A stretch of DNA of 64,000 bases from Microthyrium microscopicum. Its lineage: Eukaryota. Positions 26,270-39,400 of this stretch are shown piece by piece. Position 1 is the first letter of the stretch, and the number at the start of each line of letters is the position of its first letter. The translations under genes and the position numbers were made by a program. The stretch is taken from positions 138,316 to 202,315 of the forward strand of contig MU004240.1 in the NCBI GenBank assembly GCA_010405405.1. The letters run 5' to 3'. The notes below the pieces were generated by a model. It saw only the letters and a program-made list of their open reading frames with translations. It was not told the origin of the DNA and did no database searches.

Positions 26270-27406
26270 TTACAATACAACTTTGCTCGCGACACTGAAC
26301 AACCAAGCCGCATCTTTCCAGCCACCCTCTTCTTCTTGCAGAGGAGGCTCCGTAACTGGAATCGGGTTCGTAGCACTCGCCGAGCTATTCGCAGTTCTTT
26401 CCATCTGCTCTTTCCGTCTCCTCAACAACTCCGCCTTTCTCTCCTTGACATCCTCCGGCGTGCCACTCTCCTGTTCCTCTTCCTCACTATCCGATGGTTC
26501 CTCAACGTTGAACAGCGGCCACCCAATCAACCGATCCACCAGCCCGCCCAATCCAAACGTCGATATCTTTGACAACCGCTCCACCTCCGCCGCGTCCTCC
26601 AGTTCGTCTTCGCCTTCCTTGTCCACAAAGTCTGGCTCTACGTCCAGCTCATCAAAGTAACCTTCAACTGCTCGCGACGTCATTGCTCTTGAATCCGTCA
26701 GTCCTACAAAATCCACCTTACTGCCCACCCGTGAAGGCCGTCGACTTGTCTTGGCACTCGCCACTCGACTACCCGCGCGACTTGTCTGTCTACTAGCAGC
26801 TCGCGAGTGGAAGTTCTCAACAAGAACTTCTCGCTCGCGCTGTTCACGCTGATATGTCTCATCTGCGTCCTCCTGGCTTGGTACGAGGGAGGTTGAGCTT
26901 TCGCGGCTCACCAGCCAGCTCTGGCCTTTGCCCTCACGCATCTCACTCGCAATCACAAGACCAGCACGGTGAAGCCACTCATCGTTGCTCTGAATAGATG
27001 GTTTTGAAAGCGTGCGGCGGTAGAGGGGCGATGTGGGCCCAGTAGGTAGAGCAGATAGGCCTAGGGAAGACTTGGCGTGCGAGTCTGTGATTATGCTGGC
27101 ACTTTTGGCTTTAGTGATAGGAGCATCGTGAGAGCGTTGTTGTGGGGGGAAGTAGGACTCGTGGGCGTAGGTAGCCGTTTTCTTGGCACGGTTCTTCTTT
27201 TTAGGCGTGCGTGAGAGGATGCCAGGTGTAGTTGGGGCTGAGCGGCCTTGGATATAGGAGGATCGTGGGACTTGATCTAGCTCTTCGTCGTATCCATCGT
27301 CGTCAATGGGGAAGCGGGAGCTCAGTGGAGCGAGTGAGAGATGGGTGAGGTTTGGAAACGATCTTCGGTTTGGACGCGTGCCTGGTGATGATGGAGAGAC
27401 GGCCAT
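26270..27406 (-). CDS. DUF3984-family protein
   Basis: RRSFPNLTHLSLAPL, SYIQGRSAPTTPGILS, EWLHRAG..REGKGQSWLVSRESSTSL, GGWKDAAWLFSVASKV; family recognised from memory. Confidence 0.8.
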   Translation of the reverse strand: MAVSPSSPGTRPNRRSFPNLTHLSLAPLSSRFPIDDDGYDEELDQVPRSSYIQGRSAPTTPGILSRTPKKKNRAKKTATYAHESYFPPQQRSHDAPITKAKSASIITDSHAKSSLGLSALPTGPTSPLYRRTLSKPSIQSNDEWLHRAGLVIASEMREGKGQSWLVSRESSTSLVPSQEDADETYQREQREREVLVENFHSRAASRQTSRAGSRVASAKTSRRPSRVGSKVDFVGLTDSRAMTSRAVEGYFDELDVEPDFVDKEGEDELEDAAEVERLSKISTFGLGGLVDRLIGWPLFNVEEPSDSEEEEQESGTPEDVKERKAELLRRRKEQMERTANSSASATNPIPVTEPPLQEEEGGWKDAAWLFSVASKVVL

Positions 27407-27823
27407 GGTAGAGTTGCGTCAAGTAGTGAGTAGTACCACGAGTACAATTGGTTTGTCTGAACTCCTTGGTACTTGGTTATGGTTATTGGTAGACTTGTCC
27501 ACGATAGAGAGGGTGGTTTGAAGGATGCTACCAGATCGTGCCTTGGAATTGGTGGGAGCAGTGGAAAAGAGTGCTAGCGTACCTAATATATTATATTATA
27601 GGAGCTGAAGTCAAGTCACAGGGCCAGATTAGAATCAGTCAATGGCATCGGGCAAAGCTAGGGATTTATCGGGATTGCAGGTTTCAATATGTGGTAGGTA
27701 CAGTACTAAACCGATAACCTTTACTCAGAGGTTAAGTAATCGCAGAGTGACAAGATTGTCCCCGCAAATGGCGGCCCAAGACTCGGCTAAATTGCAATCA
27801 AACCACCATACAAAGTGAGCTCG

Positions 27824-27907
27824 TCGCGTACTACAGCTTTGAGTTTCTACTTTACTCGTCCCAGCGCCACCGATCCCATACGCGTGACGCGACCCGCATC
27901 AACGCGA
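27824..27907. promoter_or_regulatory. Cluster of four MCB-like (ACGCGW) elements in a divergent promoter
   Basis: TCGCGT 27824, ACGCGT 27880, ACGCGA 27887 and ACGCGA 27902, within 84 bp and ~100 bp upstream of the ATG at 28002. Confidence 0.5.
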
Positions 27908-28001
27908 CTCCCCACTCTCCAAAACTTCATCTTCCCATCAATCCTCTCTCCCAAAATTCCAAACCAGATCAACCATCAATATCACAACCATTACAACAAT
28001 C

Positions 28002-28749
28002 ATGCTCGCCACACCCCCTCCCATATTGAGCCAAACCTACCTCCCACCACGACCTTCTCCGCTCTCCCCGCGCTCCACAAACACACTCAATTTCTCCTTC
28101 AACCATGCCGCGCAACCCATCTACTTTGGCATGACCGACACGTCCGAAAATGCCTTTTCGCGGCCCCACAAGCAAAGCACCTACTCGCAACGCACAATCA
28201 AGCCTACACCATTCAGCAACCGTAATCCAGACGAACAACGCGAGCGCCGGCGGGATATGTTTCTGCGGCGCGTGGAGCAGACGCGCGATGATAAGCGATG
28301 GCAGGGCCGTTCAGAACACGTATGAAAGATCCCCCGCCATATGTTCAATGGAATGCTAATAAGAGTAGATTATGCGGACGAGTTATTTTGCCGAACGACA
28401 TAATTTCAAGCTGAACATTCTGCGCGAAGCGCCAGACGATGTGGATGTTGCCATGGTCGAAGAGGACGCGGCGAGCTTTGAGCTACCGGAGATGATGGAT
28501 GAGCTGCTAGTGGATGAAGTGGAGCGGCAGGAACAAATGGAGCTGCAGGAGCTATTGGCGCTCGCAGAGCAGGGACATCGCGAGGATGAGAGTATGGAGA
28601 CGGAGAGTATGGAGACGCAGACGGCAAGCTCGGATTACGATGAGGAGGAGTATGATTCTATATTCATGGAGTTCATATCGGACGAAGCCTCGTTAGAAGC
28701 ACCGCCCGATGGCCCGCCGGGCAGTCAGCAGATGGACATGTCTGACTGA
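28002..28749 (+). CDS. Conserved fungal hypothetical protein, 2 exons
   Basis: RPSPLSPRS, RRDMFLRRVEQTRDDKR; intron ~28320-28368; acidic tail with DYDEEEYDSIFMEF. Confidence 0.75.
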
Positions 28750-28892
28750 TGATGAGGGTGAGGGTTCGCAGCTGTATTCTTTCACGATCGATTGTATAGT
28801 GTCATTGGGTACATAGCAAGGCGTTGGGGTGTGTCATAGAATTGATTCAGGGTATCTTATTTGCCGTTACTCTTTACTACTTTGGACAGCTC

Positions 28893-30188
28893 TCACTGTG
28901 TAGGGCATCCGGCGTCGAGGTTTCCCATTGCTTCTTGGGCTGCTTCCATGCTCCCGACTAGTTCTTGGGGTGGTGAGCCTTCGTTTTGCATCTATTCCTG
29001 TTAGTATGAGTAGTCGGGACTTTGTAGCAATACATACCTTTTGCATGCGCTCGATAATGTATTCCCGATATTCAACCTTGTCATCACTGTATCCAGGCTC
29101 CTCAAATTTCGTTACTATTTCATGAGATAGCCGTTGAATCTCTCGATATCTTGTTATATCCTCAATCGACACCTTATCCTGATTCTTCGCCATCCAATCT
29201 GGAAACTTGCTATCCAACTCTTTCATGGGCTCGTAGAGAATCTCCTTGTTAGTGAGTTGCTCCATCATTCCCATCAGCATCTTTGAAAAGTCATCGTCAG
29301 ATGCTCCTCCACCGGAGTCCATCTCTCTAAGAAGCGCTGCCATGAAGTCCGCATCTCCAGCCTCTGTTGCCGCCGCGCCAGCTGCCTCACCACCTTGTTG
29401 CATGCGCTCCATTGTCTGTCGAATAGTATCCTGAAATGACTCTGCCGGCTTGCCAGCGTCTGACGATGAGGCGCCGTTAGTGGAGCGTGCTGTTGAACCT
29501 TCACCATTGATAGCGCCGTCGGTGGCTTTGCCAAGTTCTCGGATCATATCCTCAAGTTGTTTGGCCATTTCTGGTGATTGATCGAGTTCGCCGAGCATGT
29601 CGGCCATGTTAGCAGTCAACATCTTGGCAAAATCGTCATCGTCAGTTGGAGCTGCGGCTATGGGGTCGCTTTCGGGAGGTATGCCAAAGACTTCATTCAA
29701 GGGAGCAGCCGGTCGTCCTGGGCCAGATGTGGCAGGGGCGGGCATACTATCGATTTTGCTTGCGGTGAATTGGTCGAGGACATCTGTAAAGGATTAAAAT
29801 GCGCTGACATCTTGCGATTTATCTACTAACCATCCAGTTCGTCGAGGTCGTCAAGTTCATCTTCATCTGGGTCTGGTACAGCGTCTACTGATGCGACGCC
29901 GGCATCAGGGACTTGAATATCTGGGTCTGGGATTTGTGATTGCGCTGCCTTTGTTTCCGACACAGGTTCGCTTGTGGTGGCCTCTGTTTTCGGTTCTATA
30001 TCTGTAGGCTTAGCACTACTCTCTGCTATCGAAGCCGCTACGGCCGGTGCGAGTTCTGTAGCGTCCACCTTTTCTTCTTCTACTGGCTTGGCCTGTGTTT
30101 GGGCATCTTGCGGGCTTGAAATGACAGCTGGGTTGACCTCGGCAGGGTCAGTTGCAGGAACCGGAGTTGTGTGGGCAGCGTCGGCCAT
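28893..30188 (-). CDS. PEX19: Peroxisomal biogenesis factor 19
   Basis: DPDEDELDDLDELDDVLDQF, SFQDTIRQTMERM, MMEQLTNKEILYEPMKEL; C-terminal CaaX CPTQ*; two introns. Confidence 0.95.
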
Positions 30189-31045
30189 GATGGGTGATAA
30201 AAGTTGTAACGCTGTGTGGAAAAAAGTGGTGGTGGTCAGTCCAAAAGGTTGAAATGATGTAGCAGGCTGAAGATATAGATTGACATGGCAGGCAGGATAT
30301 ATTCCTTGCAACCTGGCCTGCTCCGAAAAGATCGAGGCAGATTTGACTACTGGGAGTCCTGGAGTCTGGGGCAGCGGGCAGGTTTGATTAAGTTATTAAT
30401 GAACTACTGCATCAATGCATGTGAAGTCGACTCTAACCAGCCCGTCTGAGGGCAAAAGACAGCCGTTAGTAAGACATGGCAAGATATTTCATCCATTTAC
30501 TTGCCCGATAATCGATTACTAATTGTGGTTTCGAGGTGACCCCTCATTTGATACGGCTCAGCTTCATCCACTTCATGGTTCCTTCCTTTTCGAGACATTG
30601 GGAGGATCGAGGCAACGTGAATTCCAGAATTAGCATATAAACTATCGTGTTGCCGCTAAGCCGCTATTTCAACACCTCAAGGCGTTCTCATCACTTTCAA
30701 ACGTTTCTCTTCTTCTACACTTTCAAAGTCTGAGTGGCAAAATATACCAGTCAGGGTAAATCGCATCGCAGAGCCTCCTAGAAACGATACTTTTTGTGTG
30801 ACCTTCTGAAGTCTACTCTATCTTTCAACCGGTCACATATTCACCACTTCACTTGTCTCTAGTGTTCTACAGGTTTCTACTAGTAGCCAGTACAAGGCTT
30901 ATTTCTGTGAAGAAGAACTTTCGCTCGCCCAATCTTCTTCACTCCACTGTCATCCAACTGCCTCCTAGGATCGTAACCCTCCCTTGCCCGTTTGCGCCTC
31001 GATAACTACAGAACATTTACTGCATCCCAGCCCAAATCAGTCAAG

Positions 31046-31670
31046 ATGAGTCTCTGCCAAAACAGACTAAACGAAGAGCGGTATGTCCTACCAATCCGCA
31101 AAGCCCTCAGTCTACTAACACCACCCAGCAAACAATGGCGCAAAGACCACCCCTTCGGCTTCGTCGCCAAACCCGCCCGTCTTCCAACAGGCGCCATGGA
31201 CCTTAAGAAATGGGAATGCGCAGTCCCGGGCAAAGAAAAGACCATCTGGGCCGACGGACTCTTCAAGCTTGAAGTCACATTTCCAGACGGTACCTCTCCC
31301 GCTCACCCTACTCCCTCACCCAAGATACCACACTCCCTCAGCCTCAACCCACAAGTCCTTTACTGCCACGCAGCTAACACAATGATGACCAGAATACCCC
31401 ACCAAACCGCCAAAATGCCGCTTCATGCCCGCGCTCTTCCACCCAAATGTCTACCCCAGCGGCACCGTCTGCCTCTCCATCCTCAACGAAGAAGAAGGCT
31501 GGAAACCCGCCATCACCATCAAAGAGATTCTGCTAGGCATTCAAGAGCTACTGAACGAGCCGAACATCGAATCGCCTGCGCAGGCGGAGGCATACCAGCT
31601 GTTCAAGAAGGACAAGGTGGCGTATGAGCGCAAAGTCAAGGCGGTTGTCAAGGAGAATCCTACGCCGTAG
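31046..31670 (+). CDS. UBC9: SUMO-conjugating enzyme E2 (Ubc9/Hus5), 3 exons
   Basis: [68 protein letters not shown]. Confidence 0.97.
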
Positions 31671-32418
31671 AGAACTACAACTCTCTATAGCAAGGACGGA
31701 AAAGAGGCGATGGGCATGCGTATCGGCAGTTTATGCGGAAATCATGGACGAAGGAAATCTCGACTGGTCTGTCTTGAGGGAAGAGCGGCGGGAAAGGGCG
31801 GTACTGTTGTGCTTCGACGACTGGATGAGGTTCATGTGATTTTTTTGTTTTGTTTTTGGGCTCTGTACTTTATCATCCAAGCCTGGAGTTTTGGGAATCG
31901 GACCAACCTGCTATCCAGGGTTCTGGTGGCGGATTACTGAAATATGGCGTGATGGAGCCTCTACTGGCCTCGCGGCAGATACAGGTTCATAGATGAATCC
32001 AGCGAAATAATTACATTGTGCTTCCAACATGTTATAGAAGTAAACTATCATAGTCTAATGTGGCATTTTGTGAAGAATTGTCCGTTTCTCACAGTGCTAA
32101 TAGGGTTTATGGTGCAATAAGTCATGTCGCAGATATGAAACGCGAGCATAGTTATTTTTTTAAGCTGGAAAGACGAATTGGATTACTATCTTTGATGAAT
32201 TGATGCGTTCAACATGTTGACTTGCAAATGTATGCCTCAAAATAACCGCAACTCCATGATCAAATCTTACAAATACAGTTACCGTTTGAATCAATGAATA
32301 CCCCGATCCCTATGAACCACAAGTTGAGAATAATGAATGCAATGTTTTTCATGTAACTTATGTCGTGGGCCGTTCAAATCATTGGAAAAATAATCCACCA
32401 AGTAGCCATGCACCACCA

Positions 32419-33276
32419 TCACGCGACTTCTCCCATCTCGACATCCTCGCATGCTGACTGCTCGAGCTGCATCTGCTCAACGTTGCTGGCTTGAGCAACA
32501 CCATTGATAGGCGATAGGGCGGTAATTGGCGAGGGTGGAACGTCTCTGGCAAAGAGCTCGGGTCCTTCAGCGAGAATGTCTGGGATCCAGTTGCCGCGCT
32601 CGTCTTGACGCTTGTTACTAAGGCGTCGGAAGAGATCGTTGTCGTCGTTGCAGAGGAAGCGACTTGACTTGAGATCGTCGCGGAATAGCCACCATTGATG
32701 CCAGTATCCTTTGGCCCCGGCTGGTTCGGATCGAACTACGTATATGCCAAGTCCTTCGTGTTGGAGTAGAATACGTGGCTCTTCAAGTGAGAATTGTATT
32801 TGGACGAACTTCTCGGAGCCGGCGATGGCAGACTCTTGAGTGTCTGAGAGTCTCTTCCAGCCAATGCCAAGTTGACGGACAATGGGGTCAATCTCTTCGT
32901 GGTTGTTGATGTGGTTTGGTGTCTCCACGACGCGACGTTGTGACTTGCGAGCAATGAGACGGGGACGATCCGAGGAGGTTTCCATAGCGGAAGATGATGG
33001 CGACAAAGGATCGTTCTCGGATCGATCTTCGTTGATATCATCTCGGGAGCGTTTGCGGCCAGCAGTAGCGGTTGATGGTCGAGAGAGATAGTTTAACGAT
33101 GGTGGCGTAGGGTACTTGGGGACGAATTTCCGTGATGAGAAGGCATTGGACTGTTCAAATGCAGCTGGAGATGGTTCAAGGATGGCTCCTCCTTGAGGAT
33201 GAGGAGTTGTGGAGAATGGGGTGCTTTGAGGTGGCAGCAGCACAGTTGGCGACGACGCGAAGTAGGTCAGACCCAT
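32419..33276 (-). CDS. Hypothetical protein (285 aa)
   Basis: Intact ORF with a basic motif AGRKRSR, ARKSQR, LGIGWKRL and a globular C-terminal half; long pyrimidine-rich leader. Confidence 0.7.
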   Translation of the reverse strand: MGLTYFASSPTVLLPPQSTPFSTTPHPQGGAILEPSPAAFEQSNAFSSRKFVPKYPTPPSLNYLSRPSTATAGRKRSRDDINEDRSENDPLSPSSSAMETSSDRPRLIARKSQRRVVETPNHINNHEEIDPIVRQLGIGWKRLSDTQESAIAGSEKFVQIQFSLEEPRILLQHEGLGIYVVRSEPAGAKGYWHQWWLFRDDLKSSRFLCNDDNDLFRRLSNKRQDERGNWIPDILAEGPELFARDVPPSPITALSPINGVAQASNVEQMQLEQSACEDVEMGEVA

Positions 33277-34088
33277 GTTTGCGACAGTTCAAGTTGGACA
33301 GAAGAGCTAAAAGTAATCAAGGTAAGTGGGCAATAAGAAGAAAATAAACTTGTCAAAGTAATAAAAGAGTCGAGGCCGACTGGAGAATTGGTTGACAAGG
33401 TGATGGGGGTGAGGGTGGAATGGTAAACGGTTGATGGTGAATGAATGAGGCGGAAGGCTGAAAAAGATGAGAGAATAAGGCTGTGGTGTGGGGAGGATGA
33501 AAGAGAAGTCAAGCCAGCTGCAGCATGGAGAACTAGTCAAGACTTGTAGGAGATGAAAAGAGAAGAGAATAATGGGAGGTATGCTTGATGTGCAAAAGGT
33601 ATTGAAAAGGAGTTGTAGTTGAAGAGGGGACAGAGGTTGGAGGAGAGTGATGAAGAGAAGGAAACAACTGGGAGAGCAGTTGGCCTGGATTTGATGGGAA
33701 GCAGCGATGGGGGGGAAAATGGGGAATTGATTGAGTTGGTCGCGACTGCCTTTCAACCAATAGGCCTTGAGCCCTAGCAACTGCACGCCAAGCTCACCGG
33801 AGTGGCAATTGCTCTTTCCAACATGAAAGAGCTTTAATCCCGAATCGGCAACTTTGACTTGCATTCCAGGGTTCGTGCCTGCCGTTTTCTATGTCTGCCT
33901 TGGATTGCCGGCTGCCAGGATTCCAGCCTCACGAGATAGGCGCGCGCAAGAAAGAATTTCTTTGATTGGCTATCATTTACGCCGTGCCCCTCGTACTAGC
34001 AACAATGCTCCAGCACAAAAATCAGGCGGCGCGAGCTTTTCCCAGATTATAAACACTTACCTACACTCGAACCTCACTGCCATACATA

Positions 34089-35849
34089 ATGCAAGCCCCG
34101 GTAGTAGTACTCAGTAAGATCATGTCTGGTTTAGCTGGACTACAATGAACTAACATCATCTTCAGACACCGCCGCTGGCGAGCGCCAGTTTGGTCGCAAA
34201 GCACAGCTCTCAAATATCACTGCTGCAAAGACGTATGATTCAGGGCCTAACCTTCAAGGCTTCTGCTAACAGTTTTCAGAGTAGCAGATATCATTCGATC
34301 ATGTCTCGGTCCCAAAGCCATGCTCAAGATGCTCCTAGATCCCATGGGAGGCATCGTCCTCACCAACGATGGACACGCCATTCTCCGCGAAATCGAAGTG
34401 GCGCATCCCGCTGCAAAGTCTATGATCGAGCTTAGTCGAACACAAGACGAAGAGGTTGGCGATGGAACAACAACTGTCATCATCCTCGCTGGCGAAATCC
34501 TTGCCCAAGCCTTACCACAACTCGAGCGAAATATCCATCCCGTCGTAATCATTTCCGCCTTCAAACGCGCTCTCGCCGATGCTCTCACCATAATAGAAGA
34601 CATTTCCATTCCAGTTGATGTCAAAGACGACAAGGCCATGTTCTCTATAATCTCATCTTCTATTGGCACAAAATTAGTGTCGCGCTGGTCGAATTTGATG
34701 TGTGGACTGGCCTTGAAGGCCGTTCGCACAGTGACGTGGGAAATAAATGGCGGACAAACGGAGGTCGACATCAAACGATACGCAAGAATAGAAAAAGTCC
34801 CAGGAGGTGAAATTGAGGACAGCAAAGTTCTTGATGGCGTAATGGTGAACAAAGATATCACGCATCCAAAGATGAGAAGAAGAATAGAGAACCCACGAAT
34901 CATTCTCCTGGATTGCCCTTTGGAGTACAAGAAGGGAGAATCTCAAACAAACATCGAAATCACCAAGGAGGACGACTGGAACCGTATTTTGGAAATCGAA
35001 GAAGAGCAGATCAAGACGATGTGCGACGCCATTCTCGCCGTAAAGCCAGACCTAGTCATCACCGAGAAAGGTGTCAGTGGTAAGTACACGATCTTCCATT
35101 TCAAGCCACGACTAACGATTCTAGATCTCGCTCAGCATTTCTTCGTCAAAAACAATGTTACCGCTATCCGTCGAGTCCGCAAGACCGACAACAACCGTAT
35201 CGCTCGTGCCACCGGAGCCACCATCGTCAACGATGTACGCACCATCCAAGCTTCGGACGTTGGCACACAATGTGGTCTGTTTGAGATTTCAAAGATTGGC
35301 GATGAGTACTTTACGTTCTTGACAGAGTGCAAAGACCCTCACGCCTGCACCGTCCTTCTCCGTGGACCTTCCAAGGACATCCTCAACGAAGTCGAGCGCA
35401 ACTTGCACGATGCCATGGGCGTGGCTCGTAACGTCGTTTTCCATCCACGTCTCTGCCCTGGCGGTGGCGCAACCGAAATGGCTGTCGCTGTAGGACTCGA
35501 ACAAAAGGGCAAAGCAGTAGAAGGTGTCGCACAATGGCCGTATCGCGCTGTCGCAGAGGCAATGGAGGTTATTCCACGTACACTAATCCAGAACAGCGGG
35601 AACAGCCCCATTCGCGTGCTCACTCAGCTACGAGCCAAGCATGCCGAAGGCTTCACCAGCTGGGGCGTGGACGGTGATGCAGGCAAGATTGTGGACATGA
35701 AGGAGTATGGCGTATGGGAGCCCATGGCCGTCAAAATGCAGAGCATCAAAACGGCGGTAGAGAGTGCATGTCTCCTACTACGTGTAGATGATATATGTGC
35801 TGCGAAGCAGGCAAAGACTGCAGGTGGTGGAGTCGGTTCGGATGATTAA
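34089..35849 (+). CDS. CCT3: T-complex protein 1 subunit gamma
   Basis: MQAPVVVL start, GRKAQLSNITAAK, LTNDGHAILREI, DEEVGDGTTTV, YKKGESQTNIEI, KTAVESACLLLRVDDI; three introns. Confidence 0.97.
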
Positions 35850-36427
35850 GCGAAGAATGTATGAATCAAAAAGCTTTGACTGTATTAACGAGACATACCC
35901 ACGGTGTATTTTGCGTATAGCCATAGAACGTTAATTAGATCATCAAACAATCACGCTACTTTTGTGAGCTCTCTGGTGCGATGATATTGTTAGAACTCCT
36001 TACCATTTCCTTTCTTAACTTATTCGTCCTCCTTCTCGCCGGCTCCTCCAAACTATACAAGACACCTTTGAACTTACGTGTCTCTTAAGAGTCTTTGTGT
36101 GAGCCATCGCTTCTGATGGGAACCATGGTATTTGATCAGCACTAAACTTAAACCGACCTAAGTCCCAGTGTCAACCACGAGGTAGAGCTTGAAGGATGAC
36201 CATTTAGAACTTCACGACGAGGCTAGGAAAGGGCAACATGACAAAATGCCCAATGACAAGGGTCAGATCAAGAGGTAAGTAAGTCATCAAGTGATGGACA
36301 TTATGTATACGTTAAACTTCATATTCAAGACTATATATATTAAGGGGTATCTCATTATGCGATAAAATCAACCCAATCCAGGCTATGCATCTTTCAAACA
36401 CCCTTTCCGACATCAAATATATTCTTC

Positions 36428-39400
36428 CTAGACCTCTCCAGCTTCCACCATAGCGACCTCTTTGGCAATGGAAACGGACCAATTAGTATCATCGCTCCAA
36501 CCTGTAGTGTCTAGACAGCCTTCCTTCCACGAGTTATGGAAGATGGTCTGCTTCGCTCCAACGCACTTGGGGAGTCCTTTGAGTGGTGAGAATACGGAGG
36601 CAGCACCAGTTCCAAGCTTGACGGTCTGGCCCATGATAATGCTTTCAGAGACACCAGAGATGGGATCTGATTTCATCTTGGTAGCCGCATCGAATAGATG
36701 ATCTGGTGTTTTTTCAAACGAAGCTAATTGGAGGACTGAATCGCCCATCTTGGCCATACCGAATCGCGTGATGCCCAAAACTTCGCCTTTGAGTGTCATG
36801 ATGCAGGCAAGCAGGTGGATGTGATGGTCATCAATATCCATAGACTCCATGACCTTTTGGATCTCTTGGATAATGACTCTACGCGCTGCCTCAATACCTA
36901 AAACGTTGCAGGTTTCCATAACGCCGTTGGTGGCTGTAAGTCGGCCGTCAACACCTTCAGTGCCTAGACAATCCTTGAGACCATAGCCTTCGACAAGCAG
37001 TTCGTACTGTTTTTGGCCGTTCTTCTCGGATTGAGAAATGATAGCTCTCGAAGTGTCAGGATGGCCTTTGACGACAACGCTTAGGATATTTCTGCGCAAT
37101 TCTAGCACGGATTGATAGTAGGCTGCCGAGCCACCTTTGCTCTTGCGTTTACCGCCTCGCTTGGTTCCGTTTTCCTCGTCAGTTTCGTTGCCATCGAGGT
37201 CCATCATTTCGACTTCTGCCTCTGGCGCCTTTGGCATAATTTGAAGAATATGATCGCCGATAATCGTGACATTCTCAGGCTTGAGCTTTAGACCTTTGGT
37301 TTTGGCGATGCTTTTGGCAATATCCTGAATTGTGATATCCAGCTGCAGGCTCGATACTGCTGCCATATCAATGACAACGCGAATACAACCGCTATGAGAT
37401 GCCCACTCGTCTTCAATATTGCGAGCAATCTAGCACAAGTTAGTCGCGTTGGCAATGAAAATAAGGGTTTGAAAGCACTTACATCTCGAAGATACGTCTT
37501 TTCAATTCGGCTTTGGACGTATCGAGCAGCATTAGGATCGCTTTTATTCATGAGCACACAATTGATGACGGGCGTGCTAATTTTCTTGGCCGCATTGATG
37601 ATCTCCTTGATACGAGGTACACCACCTGTAATGCTCATGCCTGTGACACCAGCAAAATGGAAAGTTCGAAGTGTCATCTGTGTTCCTGGCTCACCAATAG
37701 ATTGCGCAGCGATGGCTCCTACAGCATGTGCTGGTTGAGTGACACTTCGACCATATTTGAGCCAGCACAATTTGAAAAAGGTATCCAAAACCTCCGGTGT
37801 GATCAAGAGAATGCGATCCACGGCAGCTTGTCGTACTGATTTAGCAGCACTTCGTGGTCCCTTTGCTGGTGCAGTGTCGATGTATTTCTTGCGAAGACCC
37901 TTGAGGCGGTTGATTTGTCCATGCAGATAATCATGGACATCTTTGATAAACCTGCGAGCAGATTGATCAGAGTCGGCTTTGTCATCTGATATTTCCTTGT
38001 CACTTGTTACTTCATCGATGTCGTCGTTGCTGTGTGGGACAAAAATTTTGAGTTGGCTAGCCAGTGCTGCGCGAACATGTTTGATGATTTCTTGCGGCAC
38101 TAGTCCGGCAGACTCATCAGTTCGTGTGGTTTCTATTGCATGTCGGAAAGTTCGCTCAAAAGCTATAGGCTTCTTGTTTCCCTCAAGTTCTGCTGGATCC
38201 AAGAAGTCGTCTCCGAAACTGAATTGAATAATTTTGCCAGACGAGTTTCGCACGGTCTTGTCGTAAACCACAAAGGCATCTTCCAAAGATTTGATTAGAC
38301 GTCGACTCATGTAACCAGTTTCTGCGGTTTTGACAGCAGTGTCGACTAACCCCTCACGGCCAGACATGGCGTGAAAGATGAATTCTGTGGGAGTCAATCC
38401 AGAAAAGAAGCTGTTTGCGACGAAACCTTTTGAGGCTGGATCTCGAGATCCCTTGTCGAAATGCGGTAGCGTACGATCTTGAAAGCCATTCTCAACTCGA
38501 GCTCCACCTATCATCTGTTGTCCGACACCAGCAGCCATTTGCGAAACGTTGATCATGGAACCTTTCGAGCCAGATTTAGCCATGATGACAGCAGCATTGT
38601 GTGGACTGAGTTCATTGAAACAAGCCTGACCAGCATCATTACGGACCTCGCTCAGGATTTTGGAGATGCGATTCTCCAGGGTCTGGTCCATATCGCATCC
38701 GGGATCCCGAGTAAGTGTCTTGTTCTTGAGCATGGCGATGAGTTCCTTGACTCTGGCCCCAGCACTATCAGTAAGTTCGTTCTTCAGCTTTGTCAAGCGG
38801 TCGCTGGGATAGACATCACCAACACCAATTGAAAAGCCTTGATGAGCCAACCAACGAGAAGACAGCTTAGCCAGTCGATTCATGCCTTGAACAGCATAGT
38901 CTTCACCAAAATCGCGAAGAATGACAAAGAAAATGGATGACTTGTTCCCATCACCAATCGCACTCTTGTCCATTTGTCCACACATCACTTCGGAATTACG
39001 AACAACCATATAAGCATCTTCTGGACTCATGTCTGGTGCGAGAAGTGCATTGGGCTTAAATTGTTTGAGCTTGCCTTCAACATTGACCAAAACTTTGCAC
39101 TCTCTACTTGGGCGCATCAGAACATTGAAAACTTGCTTTCCGGTCCAAAGATACATGGGCTTGCGAATCGTAGGAGGCGGCAGCTCATAACGCTGGAGTT
39201 TCCCGGTATCAGGATCTTCAAACATGTCTGCATCAAACATATATCCGATGATTTGACTGAATTGCGACTTGTTGAAAAACTGATCTTTATGGCTGATGAG
39301 GTAGGAAGCCGTGATGAAATCTTGAATTGGTGCAATTATTGGAGCACCATTCTTTGGCGTGACTAGATTGTGCTTGACACCCATGAGCTGTAATGCTTCG

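Noticed and set aside
33307..33864. 185-aa Leu/Ser/Phe-rich ORF
   Set aside because: It reflects the pyrimidine-rich 5' leader and promoter of the 32419-33276 gene.
34247..34930. 227-aa antisense ORF, and similar shadow ORFs over RPC1, NOT3, PEX19 and MscS
   Set aside because: These are antisense shadows of conserved genes produced by codon bias.
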